Part shown: positions 30,558-41,962 of the stretch, piece after piece
How the letters are laid out: every line of letters begins with the position of its first letter
Position numbering within the stretch: the stretch's first letter is position 1
Assembly (NCBI GenBank): GCA_963701085.1
Contig: OY969561.1
Coordinates: 896,001-960,000, forward strand
Reading direction: 5' to 3'
Origin: an uncultured bacterium
GTDB lineage: Bacteria; Babelota; Babeliae; Babelales; Vermiphilaceae
Length of the DNA: 64,000 nt
Notes under the pieces: model-generated
Database searches by the model: none
The model's input: only the letters and a program-made list of their open reading frames with translations
Told to the model about the DNA's origin: nothing
Program-made: the position numbers and the translations under genes

Positions 30558-31304
30558 TTATTTAAGCTTGCCTTGGCATGCTGAAATTAAGAAAAGTAAA
30601 ATACCGGCAGCAACAGATGCGTTATAAGAAATATCACTTGCTTTTTGTGGCAAGGTTACATGAATACCAGAAGATAAAATTGATTTGGAAATACCGCTAC
30701 CCTCACCACCAATTACGGCGCACATTGGGAATTTATAGTGACATGTTGCCGCATTTTCACCATCAAATGTTGCCAAGTACGGAGTATAGCCTGCATTTTT
30801 CAGCTCTATGATTGCAGCTGCAGCTGATTGTGCTGCATAAATTTCAAGATGTTCACTCAAACCGGCGGATGATTTAATTGCAACACCAGTCAATTGAGCT
30901 CCACCACGTTTGATAATAATAGCTCCATCAACACCAGTACAATATGCTGAACGTAGAATAGCCCCTAAATTACGTGGATCTTGTACGCCATCAACCATAA
31001 CCAAGAATTTATGTTTTTTAGGATCAAAAAATATTTTACGAAATGGAAATGGATGCGTCCATGCAACAACTCCCTGATGATCAGTAGTGCCTACCATGCG
31101 GTCAAGAATCTCACGTGCCACATACTGAATAGCTACGGGATACTTTGGCCATACCTTTTGAATCTCATCAAATGATTGTGGCGTTGGCTTGGTTGTATAA
31201 ACGGATATAAGCTTACGTCTTTTAGCCTTAAGAAGCTCCACAACGGGATGAATGCCAAAAATAAGTTCGCCTTTTGTTTCTTTATCTTTTTTCTTAATCA
31301 TCAA
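30558..31304 (-). CDS. rlmB: 23S rRNA 2'-O-methyltransferase (TrmH/SpoU family)
   Basis: FGIHPV, HQGV, DGVQDPRNLGAILRS, SYNASVAAGI. Confidence 0.88.
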   Translation of the reverse strand: MMIKKKDKETKGELIFGIHPVVELLKAKRRKLISVYTTKPTPQSFDEIQKVWPKYPVAIQYVAREILDRMVGTTDHQGVVAWTHPFPFRKIFFDPKKHKFLVMVDGVQDPRNLGAILRSAYCTGVDGAIIIKRGGAQLTGVAIKSSAGLSEHLEIYAAQSAAAAIIELKNAGYTPYLATFDGENAATCHYKFPMCAVIGGEGSGISKSILSSGIHVTLPQKASDISYNASVAAGILLFLISACQGKLK

Positions 31305-31523
31305 ATGTCCCTTATATTTTTATTCCGCTCACCCTGCGTGCCCTACGAAGCTTTATGCGTAGTAGGGAGTGTTTTTTGACCCCAAAATAAATATCTAAGG
31401 TATATAAAAAATATACTATACATAAGATATTTTGGCTATCTTGATATGCTTTCAAAAAACAAAAAAATAGGGCCCTTCTCATGAATTAACACAAGAAAGG
31501 CCCTATAATATAATTTATTAAAA

Positions 31524-32057
31524 TTATTTTGTTACAGATACAAAAGAAATTTTATTCGTGCGAGGATGGCTTCTCATCCATTTTCTAATCAATTCTGTTA
31601 CATTGTTCTGAACACCTGGCACCTGCAAAACATCTCGCTTGTCGTCCAAAGTATCCATGATGTAAGGATCAGCTCCATGCTCAAGCAACAATTTAGCTAT
31701 CTCAAAATAGCCATTTATAGCTGCCATCATCAATGGTGTTCTTTCACTAAAAACACCTCCCGTACCTACCGCCATATTAGGATCAGCTTTGTATACTACA
31801 AGCAACTTCTCTACTTGGTTTTTATCACCATCAAGGATTGCCGTGGCAAGCAATGTCATTCCATGAGAAGACGGATCATGATACGTATCGACAATACGTT
31901 CATTTCCAGATTTTTTAAGTATGTCATAAATGTCAGCCCATCTTTTGTTTCCTTGAAGAGCTTCAGTTATCCGTTTTTTCATGATGGTTTCGCTGGCATT
32001 CACACTTGCCGCAATACCCAAAACTATCATTCCCGATAGTAAATATGACTTCTTCAT
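31524..32057 (-). CDS. Secreted ankyrin-repeat protein
   Basis: Signal peptide; RTPLMMAAINGYFEIAKLLLEHGADP. Confidence 0.88.
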   Translation of the reverse strand: MKKSYLLSGMIVLGIAASVNASETIMKKRITEALQGNKRWADIYDILKKSGNERIVDTYHDPSSHGMTLLATAILDGDKNQVEKLLVVYKADPNMAVGTGGVFSERTPLMMAAINGYFEIAKLLLEHGADPYIMDTLDDKRDVLQVPGVQNNVTELIRKWMRSHPRTNKISFVSVTK

Positions 32058-32351
32058 AGAAATTCCCCTTTTTTTGAAAGTTAGAAATACTATTATTACA
32101 ATTATAATAATAATTGACAAGGGTGATAAAAAACAAGATATTTGTTAATATTTTTTGTTTTTGTAATAATTTACACTAGTATTTCTTATTATTACACCGC
32201 TCCTGAGGGGATTACTGATTATTTCTTCAATTACACAAAAAAACCTGTTTAGTATAAACTAAAACCACCTATAAATATGATACTATGCCCCACAAAGACC
32301 AAAAAAACTGGAAAAACAATGATTCTCCACAATAACCAAGCCATAAATATT

Positions 32352-33463
32352 ATGAATCAGCAACAACCAACGCTTCTCAAGCCCTCCAAACATGGCTTGA
32401 AATAAGCTCGGCCGCCTTTAATCACAATGTTGCCTATTACAAAAATAAAATTGGCCACCATAACCAATTGGCAGCTGTCATCAAAGGGAATGGGTATGGT
32501 CATGGGCTGCACCAAATGGCTTATCTATGCGAACAGAACAATCTTGTTGACTGGTTACTTGTTGCACATCTTTCAGAAGCCCTTGCCCTACAAAACATCT
32601 CCAAGCCAATATTGGTCATGAACTATAGCGATGTGAGCCCCGAATATGCGGTAGGCAAAAACATCCATTTTATGGTTGATAATCTTGCATATGCACAAAA
32701 CCTGCATAATATTGGCAAAAAACATTCCTACAATTTTCATATTCATATCAAAATAGATACCGGGCTATCCCGCATGGGGATTCTTGCTGATGATACACTC
32801 AACTTCATTACCCAATTACAACAATTAGATTACATCAGCATTCATGGCATTTGTAGCCATTTTTCCGCTTCTGATAGCAACCCAAAATTTACCACACAGC
32901 AATACACCCAATTTAATGATGTTCTTGCCTCCCTACAAAGTAACAATATCTGCATCCCCAACATACATTTAAGCAACTCTGCTGCAATCAGCACCGTTAC
33001 CTATCAGCCCCACTTTAACTTTTTCCGCATCGGCATTGGTCTTTATGGTCTTGGACAAGAATGCAGCAATCTTAAACCGGTCATGTCATGGAAAACGCAC
33101 ATAACCAATATTAAAAATATTCCTGCCAACTCATATGTCAGCTATGCCGGCACCTACAAAACAGAGAGGCCTACCCGTATTGCACTGCTACCGATCGGAT
33201 ATGCTGATGGCTATCAATTCAGGTTTTCAAACAAGACGTCTGTAATGATTAATGGCTCATATGCACCAATTCTTGGCCGTGTTGCCATGAATATAACGAT
33301 TATCGATGTAACCGATATCACCGCTTATATTGACGATGAAGTTATTATTATGGGAGCATATCCTAACATAGGTGCACATGATCTTGCAGAAATGGGGGAG
33401 ATTAGAAATGTACGTGAATTTCTTGTAGGAATAAATCCGACAATTAAGCGCATTGTTACATAA
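32352..33463 (+). CDS. alr: Alanine racemase (N-terminal frameshift near 32390)
   Basis: TWLEIS..AFNHN upstream in frame, AVIKGNGYGHG, KIDTGLSRMG, IGYADG, GRVAMN. Confidence 0.93.
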
Positions 33464-33527
33464 TAAAAAATTTATGCTACGCTCAAAAAAAAGCATACAC
33501 TGTTTTTTTTAGTTAAGGGATATTACC

Positions 33528-34013
33528 ATGCTTATTCTTGATGGATCCATCGGTTCAGACGTATCGGCATTTCTAGCGCGACTCAATGAAGACACTCCCC
33601 CATGCAAAATCATGCTGTACGCAGAATGGCTTGCAACGCACTCTCATTCTTCCCATTGCAATGATCATAAATCAGACCCTGAGGGTATAATCTACCTGCG
33701 CGTAATGCCAGAAATTGCTTTTGCTCGTATACAAAAACGGGCGATCCCAGCAGAATCAGGAATAACATTAGATTATATTCAACAGGTCTATGAACAAAAA
33801 GAAAGACTGTTTATAGAAAATAAAAACAGCCCCGCCGAACTACAAAACCTTCCCGTCCTCGTCTTAAACGGCAATATAGATTTCCAAACAGACTTTGCCC
33901 AATTTTATAATCACCTCTTTTATATCAAACGCTTACTCATGCAAATTCAGGAAAAAAAAGATATAGCGCTGGGTATTTATAAAGAAAAATCACCCCAGCG
34001 TCATTGCTGTTAA
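33528..34013 (+). CDS. Degenerate deoxynucleoside-kinase-like protein
   Basis: PEGIIYLRVMPEIAFARIQKR, ITLDYI, VLVLNGN; P-loop altered (DGSIGSDVS). Confidence 0.65.
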   Translation: MLILDGSIGSDVSAFLARLNEDTPPCKIMLYAEWLATHSHSSHCNDHKSDPEGIIYLRVMPEIAFARIQKRAIPAESGITLDYIQQVYEQKERLFIENKNSPAELQNLPVLVLNGNIDFQTDFAQFYNHLFYIKRLLMQIQEKKDIALGIYKEKSPQRHCC

Positions 34014-34025
34014 TAACAACTCTTC

Positions 34026-35375
34026 TTATTTTTTAACCTGTTCTTTGTCAGCAATAATTTTTCTAAAAATTTCATCGAACTTTTGCTCATAGTTTCTTAA
34101 CTGCGAATCAGTCGCTGCAGAATACCGGAATATTTTAACGCCTGATGACGGATTCAATAACACTGCTGGCGTAAAAATAAGACGCGCTTGAAAATTATTA
34201 ATACCCTCAATTAACTCTGGATGATTGCGATAAAAATGGAGAAAGTAACGAAGACTAAAATCCCCTGCCTTTACACGTTCCATCAAGTTTTTAAATATAG
34301 GATTGTTTTCCTGCTCATTTTTAAACAATGTTGAATAATAATCTAATGCAGAAGACGTTTTAGGAAATACCGTCTTTTCTACACTATGCAACACCATATC
34401 CATAGTTTTTTTATGCGCAGGATTGCCGCGAATCCACGATATATAGCCAATCTCATCAATGCGCTCTTTGGGAACAAAAACCTGCAATAGCATTTGCTCA
34501 TTGGTTTTATACACATTAACAAGAGACATTAGTTCTTTAATATATTTATGTGGCAACTCAAACTTATCAAAAATTTTTTCATAGACTACACGGCTGGGAG
34601 CCAAATGCCCGCGTGATTTTATAAAATATTGCCAGGTACATTCCGGTTGCACCCCAACATTGCCAAATAACGCTACATTAGCTGCAAAAAGAAAAGAACC
34701 CAATTCATGATCATTAATTAAACCACCTGCTTTGAGCTTATCAATAAGAAAATTTTGCACATTGGATGGCCCTCCAGATACATCTTCAAAACGCAAAAAA
34801 ATAAAGCTTTTCAGTAACTCTGCTGGCAGATGCTTAAAATGAAAATATAATCGCGTGTAGAGATCTTGTGGAACACGCCACGCATTATCGGCACAATGAT
34901 AAAAAACATAATAATCATCTTTATATTCCTTTTCACGCGCCAAAATTGTATCGATCATCTTCTGGTATGGTTTTGTATCATAAGTAGATGAAATCAGTTT
35001 TTTTATATCCAGCAATGACATGTGCGCTTCAGATTGGGTAAACGTATCAGACGAACTGTAAGAAGCAGGAAAAACCTTGCCACCCCTTGTAACACCAGCA
35101 CCCTGTCCATGCTCTGTTAATGCATGAATCTGCTCCAGTGATAATTTACCAGGTACGGCACTATCTGATCTCTTTTCTTCAACTACTTTTTCTGGAACAT
35201 GTACCGCAATATTTTTTTCAGCAAGAGGCTTGGGGAGTGGAGATTGCTGCGGTGCTATTTGATTTGTTTTAGTAAAAAGCGATTTTGAAACGGCAGTTTC
35301 CATAATCGTTAATAAAAACAGTGCCAACAAAATCACGCCTATTTTTTTATATACCGCACGCAGATTAATCTTCAC
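34026..35375 (-). CDS. Exported protein, paralogue family A (possible ADP-ribosyltransferase fold)
   Basis: N-terminal hydrophobic segment; VFYHC, LFGN, LLQVFVPK, QARL..LLNPSSGVKIFRY shared with two fragmented paralogues. Confidence 0.7.
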   Translation of the reverse strand: MKINLRAVYKKIGVILLALFLLTIMETAVSKSLFTKTNQIAPQQSPLPKPLAEKNIAVHVPEKVVEEKRSDSAVPGKLSLEQIHALTEHGQGAGVTRGGKVFPASYSSSDTFTQSEAHMSLLDIKKLISSTYDTKPYQKMIDTILAREKEYKDDYYVFYHCADNAWRVPQDLYTRLYFHFKHLPAELLKSFIFLRFEDVSGGPSNVQNFLIDKLKAGGLINDHELGSFLFAANVALFGNVGVQPECTWQYFIKSRGHLAPSRVVYEKIFDKFELPHKYIKELMSLVNVYKTNEQMLLQVFVPKERIDEIGYISWIRGNPAHKKTMDMVLHSVEKTVFPKTSSALDYYSTLFKNEQENNPIFKNLMERVKAGDFSLRYFLHFYRNHPELIEGINNFQARLIFTPAVLLNPSSGVKIFRYSAATDSQLRNYEQKFDEIFRKIIADKEQVKK

Positions 35376-35533
35376 ATGATCTCCTTTTTTGATACCTGCA
35401 CCTCTTTGTATCTATCCTAATTGAAATTTCAATCACAAATCAATATTACCCAAACCCTTGTTATCAATTTTTAATTTCAATTAAAGTAACATAAGAGAAT
35501 GGTTTTACATTTTTTCAAAAAAAGGGGGATGTT

Positions 35534-37047
35534 ATGACGAAAAATTTTCTAAAATCTCGTTATCTAAAACTATGTGTAGCTGCACTATCATGTGTTAGTC
35601 CCATTGAAAGTAAACAAATAACACCAGCAAACATACCGGTAAAAAAACAAACAATATCTCCGGTGCAAGCACAGCCAATAACACCCCCTGTACAACCACA
35701 ACCAAAGCCTATTTTAACCCCTCAGGGCAATGGTGTGCAGCCAACAAAAATGATCCTGAAATTTTAGATATTAATAAATCAGTCAAAGTAATTAATAATC
35801 AGCATGATTGTAATCCAGCCAAATAATAATAATCAGGAATCTGCATGCCAGTGCTGTTTAACCTATGGCAAAGGTCGCTTTGGAGAAGAACAAACAGCAG
35901 ATCAAATTATTGATCATTGCACGAATAAATCAAAACAATGCAATACATCTTCTATAAGCAGTATCAAGAGAAAATATAATGCACAGAATATGTCTTCAGA
36001 CGATTTTCTCAACACACTCTATAGCAACACTACCGTTGTACATAAAATGGCTATTAATCCTGCATTAATAAAATCAAATGGGAACCTAACAGAAGATGGC
36101 TTGGCCAGCATATTGGCCCAGGCATACGATGAAGGAAAATTAAAAAATAAAGATTTTAATGCAAAACAATGCCTAGAGGTTAAATCTCTTGGTTCTGGAA
36201 GCGGCTATAATACCGTACAACTGTTTAGAGTAACTTCAACATGTACCCCATCAACACCACCTCTTTTATACATTGTTAAAGAATCAAAAAAAGGACTCAC
36301 CGAATCAACCCATCTTAAACAAATAGAAGAATATCCTGGGATGAAAGACCTCATTGCACCAAAAATAGTCAAAGGCTTCCCAACTATATCATTGCCATTC
36401 TTTTATTTCTCCTATCATCCACACCACCAAAATATTCATTACATCGCAACAATGCCTGAGCAAAAGGCGATGTCTTATTTAAACTACTCACTCAATTCCG
36501 CGATAATAAATCAGGAGCAAATGCAGAAAGAATCAAAAAAGCATATGAAATTCTCGGAACAGAACTGGGTAATTTTCATAAAAATTTTATGACGCCAGTA
36601 CCAGGAAAAAAAATTGGTACAACAGTCGCTCATGGAGACTTGCATGTTAATAATATGTTCTATGATGAAAAACAGGACATTTTACCTTTATTGATAATGA
36701 AACAATGGTGCGATGTTTCAAAAAACCAAAAGGCCCAAAAATTGATTTTATGCGATTAATATTCCCACCATTTTCAAGCAATGACACTATTTACCAATTT
36801 AAAGAAATCATTAAGGGTGTAAACCCTGGTACTTATCTTAATATAACACTCACGCCGTTTATTAAAGGATATATCTTTGCATACAATACCCAGGATAGAC
36901 AACAATTGTTACATGATTTAAAAGAAGAATATTACGACCAATATTAAAGCTAAACCTTTAAATTTTCATCCTAGTTATATAGAAGAAATTAACACCAAAT
37001 ACATTAATCCAATATTTGATAACATTGAAAAAACATTGGGTAAATAA
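35534..37047 (+). CDS. Exported kinase-like protein, broken by several frameshifts
   Basis: Signal peptide, GSGSGYN, YIVKE, AHGDLHVNN at ~36628-36655, FTFIDNE. Confidence 0.65.
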
Positions 37048-37116
37048 TTAATAAAAATGAGAAAAAGAAAGCAATGCAGTCATGCTCTCTTTTTCTCATT
37101 TTTTCATAAATGATTA

Positions 37117-38338
37117 TTATTTTTTTGATGCAACAATCTTCTGTATAATTTGATCTAAACGCTCTTCATATTTTTCCATTGATTTATGATCTACATCAGT
37201 ATATCTAAATATTTTAACCCCAGACGCAGGATTTAATAAAATATCATCTGTTAAAAGCAAACGCGCCTGAGCATAATTAATACCATGTAAATCTTCTGGC
37301 TTATTACAATAAATCTTCAAATACGCATTGATACTATAATCACCCTTTTCAATATTCTGATCATTCTTTTAAATAAAGGATCTTTTTCCTGTTCTTTTTT
37401 AAATTTATCTTTTAATGCTGCCAATGCCATCATATTTCCCGATTTACCTGGTTCACCTTTATATTTTTTGCGTTTTACATTAGTACGAACCCAGTAGAAA
37501 ATTCACCGTCAGCAGGAATACCGGTTATCCATGCTAAGTAAGCAATATCATCCACTATGTTTTTGGGAACAAATATTTGCAAAAGAGACTCATGCTTTAA
37601 GAACACTCCATCAAATCCCATTAATTCATCAATATACGTATAAGATAGTCCAAACTCATCCATTATAGCTTCATAATATGAGCGCTCCAGTTCCACATGA
37701 GACTTTTCTTCCATAAAATACGTCCATGTTGCTTCATTCTCAAAACCGGCATTTCCAAACGAGGTTATATTTGTTGACAACAACATCCCTGAGCTTCATT
37801 CTGATCATCAACAAGACCATGTGCTCTCAATTCTTTCACTAAAAACTCTTTTGCTTTGAGCTTACTCAACCCTTAGCCCTCAAAAGAACAAACTCTCCAC
37901 TCTTTTGTGTTTTTGATCAATTAAAATGATGAGATAATCTTGTTAATGCATCTTGCCAAACCATCCATTTTTGAGAAGTCCCGTGATAAAACGCCCAATG
38001 GGTATTTTTAAATTCAGTCTCTTTTGTAATTACCCGAGAAATAATATCAAAATAAGGCACCACTTGCTTTGAATAATTTTCTTGAATAAATCTCTTTATT
38101 TTCTTCAACTGTAAATGCGCTTGTGTCGATTATATAAATCAGAGTAATTTGAGATTGAAGCTCTGTCAGATTTACCTCTTGAACTCCTGCATGCCGCGCT
38201 ACCGTCTCTCGTTCTTTTTCTAATGCCATTTGCACAACAGGATTTTTAAGTTGTTTTGACAATACAGGTACAGTAGTCAAAAATGAGATAATAACAAAAA
38301 AAATTTTTATATACCAAATCTGTTATTTACGTTAAACA
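37117..38338 (-). CDS. Family A paralogue 2, frameshifted
   Basis: WAFYHGTS, LLSTNITSFGN, LLQIFVPK, AQARL..LLNPASGVKIFRY. Confidence 0.7.
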
Positions 38339-38339
38339 T

Positions 38340-39633
38340 TTTCTTCTCCTTCTTTTTCAACGATTATTTCATCAATTATCTCATTTAACCGTTTATAGTA
38401 TTCTTTTAATCTTTCCTTTGATACCGTTGAATAACGGTAAAACTGTACACCTGCTGCTGGATTCAATAAAACATCTGATAAAAAATAAGACGTACTTGTG
38501 TATTATTTATATCTGGCATTTCCCATGGTTTATTACGATAAGCTTTTAAATATCCATTCACACTAAAATCACCCGCCTGAACACTTTCTATAAGATCTTT
38601 AAATAAAGGGTTTTTTTATGTTGCCTTTTTTAAATTGCTTCGCCAAGTCCTCCAGTTGCCATTCAGCAACGTGCTTACCCTCTTTATGTGTTAGTAGTTT
38701 TTTTTCATATACTTTTTTATCCAATCAATTGATTCTTCATGCAAAGGCATACCTTTTGACCATGACTGGTAACCAATATCATCAATTCTATTTTGCGGGA
38801 CAAATATTTGAAGCAAGGTATTTTCTTTTGTGTCATACAATTCACAAGAGACAGTAATTCATCAATATATTTATGAGTTAACCCAAATTTATCCATCATT
38901 TTTTCATAAATTTTGCGATCAGGAACTTTATGTCCTATATCTTTTAAAAAATAATACCATCTACATGAAGTACATCTGTACCATTATTACCAAACAGTGA
39001 TACGTTTACTGATAAAAGAATTCCCTTTAAATCTCCCATATCATTAACAATCCCATTTTTCTTTAATTCATCAATCAAAAATTCTTTGGCATTACGTTCA
39101 GGCAAATCCTAAATCTTAAAAAGGAAAAAGTCTTTCCAATTTTTTTTCCTGACGGATTTTGCCGAATATATAACTGCGTATATACATCTGCGCAAGACGC
39201 CATTCATTATCAGTCGTATGATAAAAGGCATAATGATTGCTTTTCAATTCTTGTTCTTTTACCAAGCAATCAGAAATAATATTAAGATAAGGAATATATA
39301 TCGGGAACTTGACTCTTCTGTAAGTAAATCTTTTATACGCGTAAGCTGTAAAAAGGCTTCTGTTTGCGTAAATTGATCTGATGTTCCTTGTGCCTGAACA
39401 ACTCGCACTGGGGCTACCTGCGGTACTTTTGGTGCTATAGGAGCACCTATAAAAGGTTTTGATTCTATTTGAGGAATTTTTACAACAGGCTTTACTGCCC
39501 CCGACTGCACCTGTTTACCCTCAACCCCACCAAAAAACGATAGCAAGGCTACAAATAAACTTATCCGGCCCTGCCTTAACAAATTTTTAATTAACTGCTT
39601 CCGACTACCCTCTCCCCCTTTTAAATGCATCAC
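38340..39633 (-). CDS. Family A paralogue 3, frameshifted
   Basis: Read directly: HYAFYHTTDNEWR (~39200-39235), GILLSVNVSLFG (~38990-39025), NTQVRLIF (~38483-38505), LLNPAAGVQFYRY. Confidence 0.65.
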
Positions 39634-39766
39634 TAAAATTTACTACCTGATATTATTCTAGTAGAATCAGAAAACAAATAGCAACAATTGCATTAAAAGT
39701 TAATCAAAAAAGCGCTCCAGGATTAACCCAGAGCGCTTTTTTTAAACTACAAAAAAAACAAAGTCT

Positions 39767-40570
39767 TTATAAAAAATTTGTGGATATAACAAGCCGATTA
39801 ATATCATCAACGGTTTTAATTGCCATCAAATCTGTCGCCTGAGACAGATCAAATGGCCCTATTGCGGTACGAGCGAGCTGATAGGTCGTCGCACAGCTGC
39901 CTGCCCTACTTTGCTCTCCGCTCATCCTGCGTGCCCGAAGAAGCCTTGGCGAAGTCGGGAGCTCTACGAGCTCCGAAGGGCAAGCGCGCACAGCAATATC
40001 ATTAACCAGCGTACGAATGTACGTTCCATGAGAAACGCGTGCTTGAATAGTAAATTGCGGAGATTCATAGGATAAAAGCTGCAGTTCATATAATTGAACG
40101 GTCCTGCGCTTACTTTCAGCTATGCTTTGCAGCTCTTGCGTACTCATCACATTGTGACGAGCCAATGCATATAATCGAGCGCCTTGATGCTTAAGGGCAG
40201 AATACAGCGGTGGAATTTGCTCATATGATGAGCCAAAAGACAGTATCGAAACTCTTATTTCTTCTTCTGAAGGGATGTGTGCGCATGTTGCAACTATTGT
40301 ACCTGTATGATCAAGCGTATCAGTTAACTCACCACACTTGCCGGTTGCAACGTACGTTTTTTCCATCACCATGATACGGGAAAGAAGCCGCGTTGCTTCT
40401 CGTCCCAAGGCAACAATAAGAAGTCCAGATGCAAAAGGATCCAGGGTTCCTGCATGACCGATTTTAATTTTTTGCTTTAAAATACGTTTAAGATACCCAA
40501 TGCATCCGTAGGAACTCATGCCGGTGGGTTTGTTGATGAGGAGAAAACCAGAAGAAACAATATTATTCAT
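39767..40570 (-). CDS. truB: tRNA pseudouridine(55) synthase with in-frame palindrome insertion
   Basis: KIGHAGTLDPFASG, PPLYSALK, GTYIRTL. Confidence 0.95.
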   Translation of the reverse strand: MNNIVSSGFLLINKPTGMSSYGCIGYLKRILKQKIKIGHAGTLDPFASGLLIVALGREATRLLSRIMVMEKTYVATGKCGELTDTLDHTGTIVATCAHIPSEEEIRVSILSFGSSYEQIPPLYSALKHQGARLYALARHNVMSTQELQSIAESKRRTVQLYELQLLSYESPQFTIQARVSHGTYIRTLVNDIAVRACPSELVELPTSPRLLRARRMSGEQSRAGSCATTYQLARTAIGPFDLSQATDLMAIKTVDDINRLVISTNFL

Positions 40571-40595
40571 AATACAAGTTACAGTTATTCCGCAC

Positions 40596-40731
40596 CCTTC
40601 GATACACCCCTTCGGGGCACTCAGGGCGAGCGGAGGGGAAAATTTTTTGAATTTTTAAATTTGAAAACTATCTTCTCCCGCTCGCCCTGAGTGTCCTACG
40701 AAGCCTTGACGTAGTAGGATGTATCGAAGGG
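40596..40731. repeat. Paired inverted REP-like arms around an AT-rich spacer
   Basis: CCTTCGATACA...CACTCAGGGCGAGCGG and its inverse; same layout at 46184-46315 and 18994-19107. Confidence 0.88.
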
Positions 40732-40748
40732 TATGCGGGACAAATAAT

Positions 40749-41946
40749 TTATTTAATTTTATAAATACGGTGCTTACCAACCTTAACAATCATTCCTGAT
40801 TGCCATGTCACCACAGCCTTAAAATCAGTAACAGCCATATCATCCAAATGCACCGAGCCGGTTTCAATCAGCCGTTTTGCATCTGATGAGCTGTTTACCG
40901 CGCCTAAAACTTTAAGGAAATCAACAATCCAGACCGGATTTGCAAAATTATCAGGCAAAGCAACTTGCTCAGCTTTGGAATAATCATGTTTTTGGAATAA
41001 AGCTTCAAACTGCTGACGCGCTTGAACAGCATCATCAGCGGACCAAAAACGTGCAATAATGTTTTGTGCCATATCTTTTTTGAGCTGCATTGGATGCAAC
41101 TTGCCAGCACTAATTTCCTTTTTCATTTCCTCAACCTGTTGCGAAGTTTTACTGAGCAACAAAACATAATACTGCCACATAAGCTCATCAGACATAGACA
41201 TCAATTTACCAAATGCATTACTTGCTGGCTCATTCAAACCAACAGCATTACCCAATGATTTTGACATCTTATGTACACCATCAAGACCAACAAGAAGCGG
41301 CGTTGTTATAGCAACTTGCCCTTTTTGACCATATTGCTCCTGTAAAAACCGCCCCATCAAAAGATTAAAGGTCTGATCTGTGCCACCCAATTCAACATCA
41401 GCTTCAAGAACTACAGAATCATATGCCTGAAAAACGGGATATAATAGCTCATGTAAGCTAATCGGTTCATTGTTTTTGATACGTTTTGCAAAATCATCAC
41501 GCTCGGTGATACGTGCAAGCGTTACTTTGGCAAGAATGCCAACCAAATCATTACTCGTTAACGTACCAAGCCATGTAGAATTATATTTAATAATAAGCGT
41601 TTTTGGGTCTAATATTTTACTTGCCTGATCAAAATACGACTTCAAATTATGTTGAATAACTTCAGGAGTTAAAGGCGGACGTGTTTTATCGCGGCCAGTA
41701 GGATCACCAATTTGTGCAGTAAAATCACCAATTAAAAAAATAACTTCATGTCCAAGATCCTGAAACTGTTTTAATTTGGAAAAAACAACCATATGCCCCA
41801 AATGTAAATCAGAAGCCGTAGGATCAGCACCAAGTTTTACTTTAAGCTTTTTTCCACTTTTAATTGCTGAAACCAATGAATCTTCAGAATAAATATTTAC
41901 CGTTCCTGAGCGTAAAAGCTCTAGCGTCTTTTTCTATTTTATCCAT
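40749..41946 (-). CDS. tyrS: Tyrosyl-tRNA synthetase (frameshift in poly-A near 41930)
   Basis: GADPTASDLHLGH, GGTDQTFN, KMSKS, S4-like C-terminus. Confidence 0.96.
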
Positions 41947-41962
41947 AATACTTTTTTACCTA

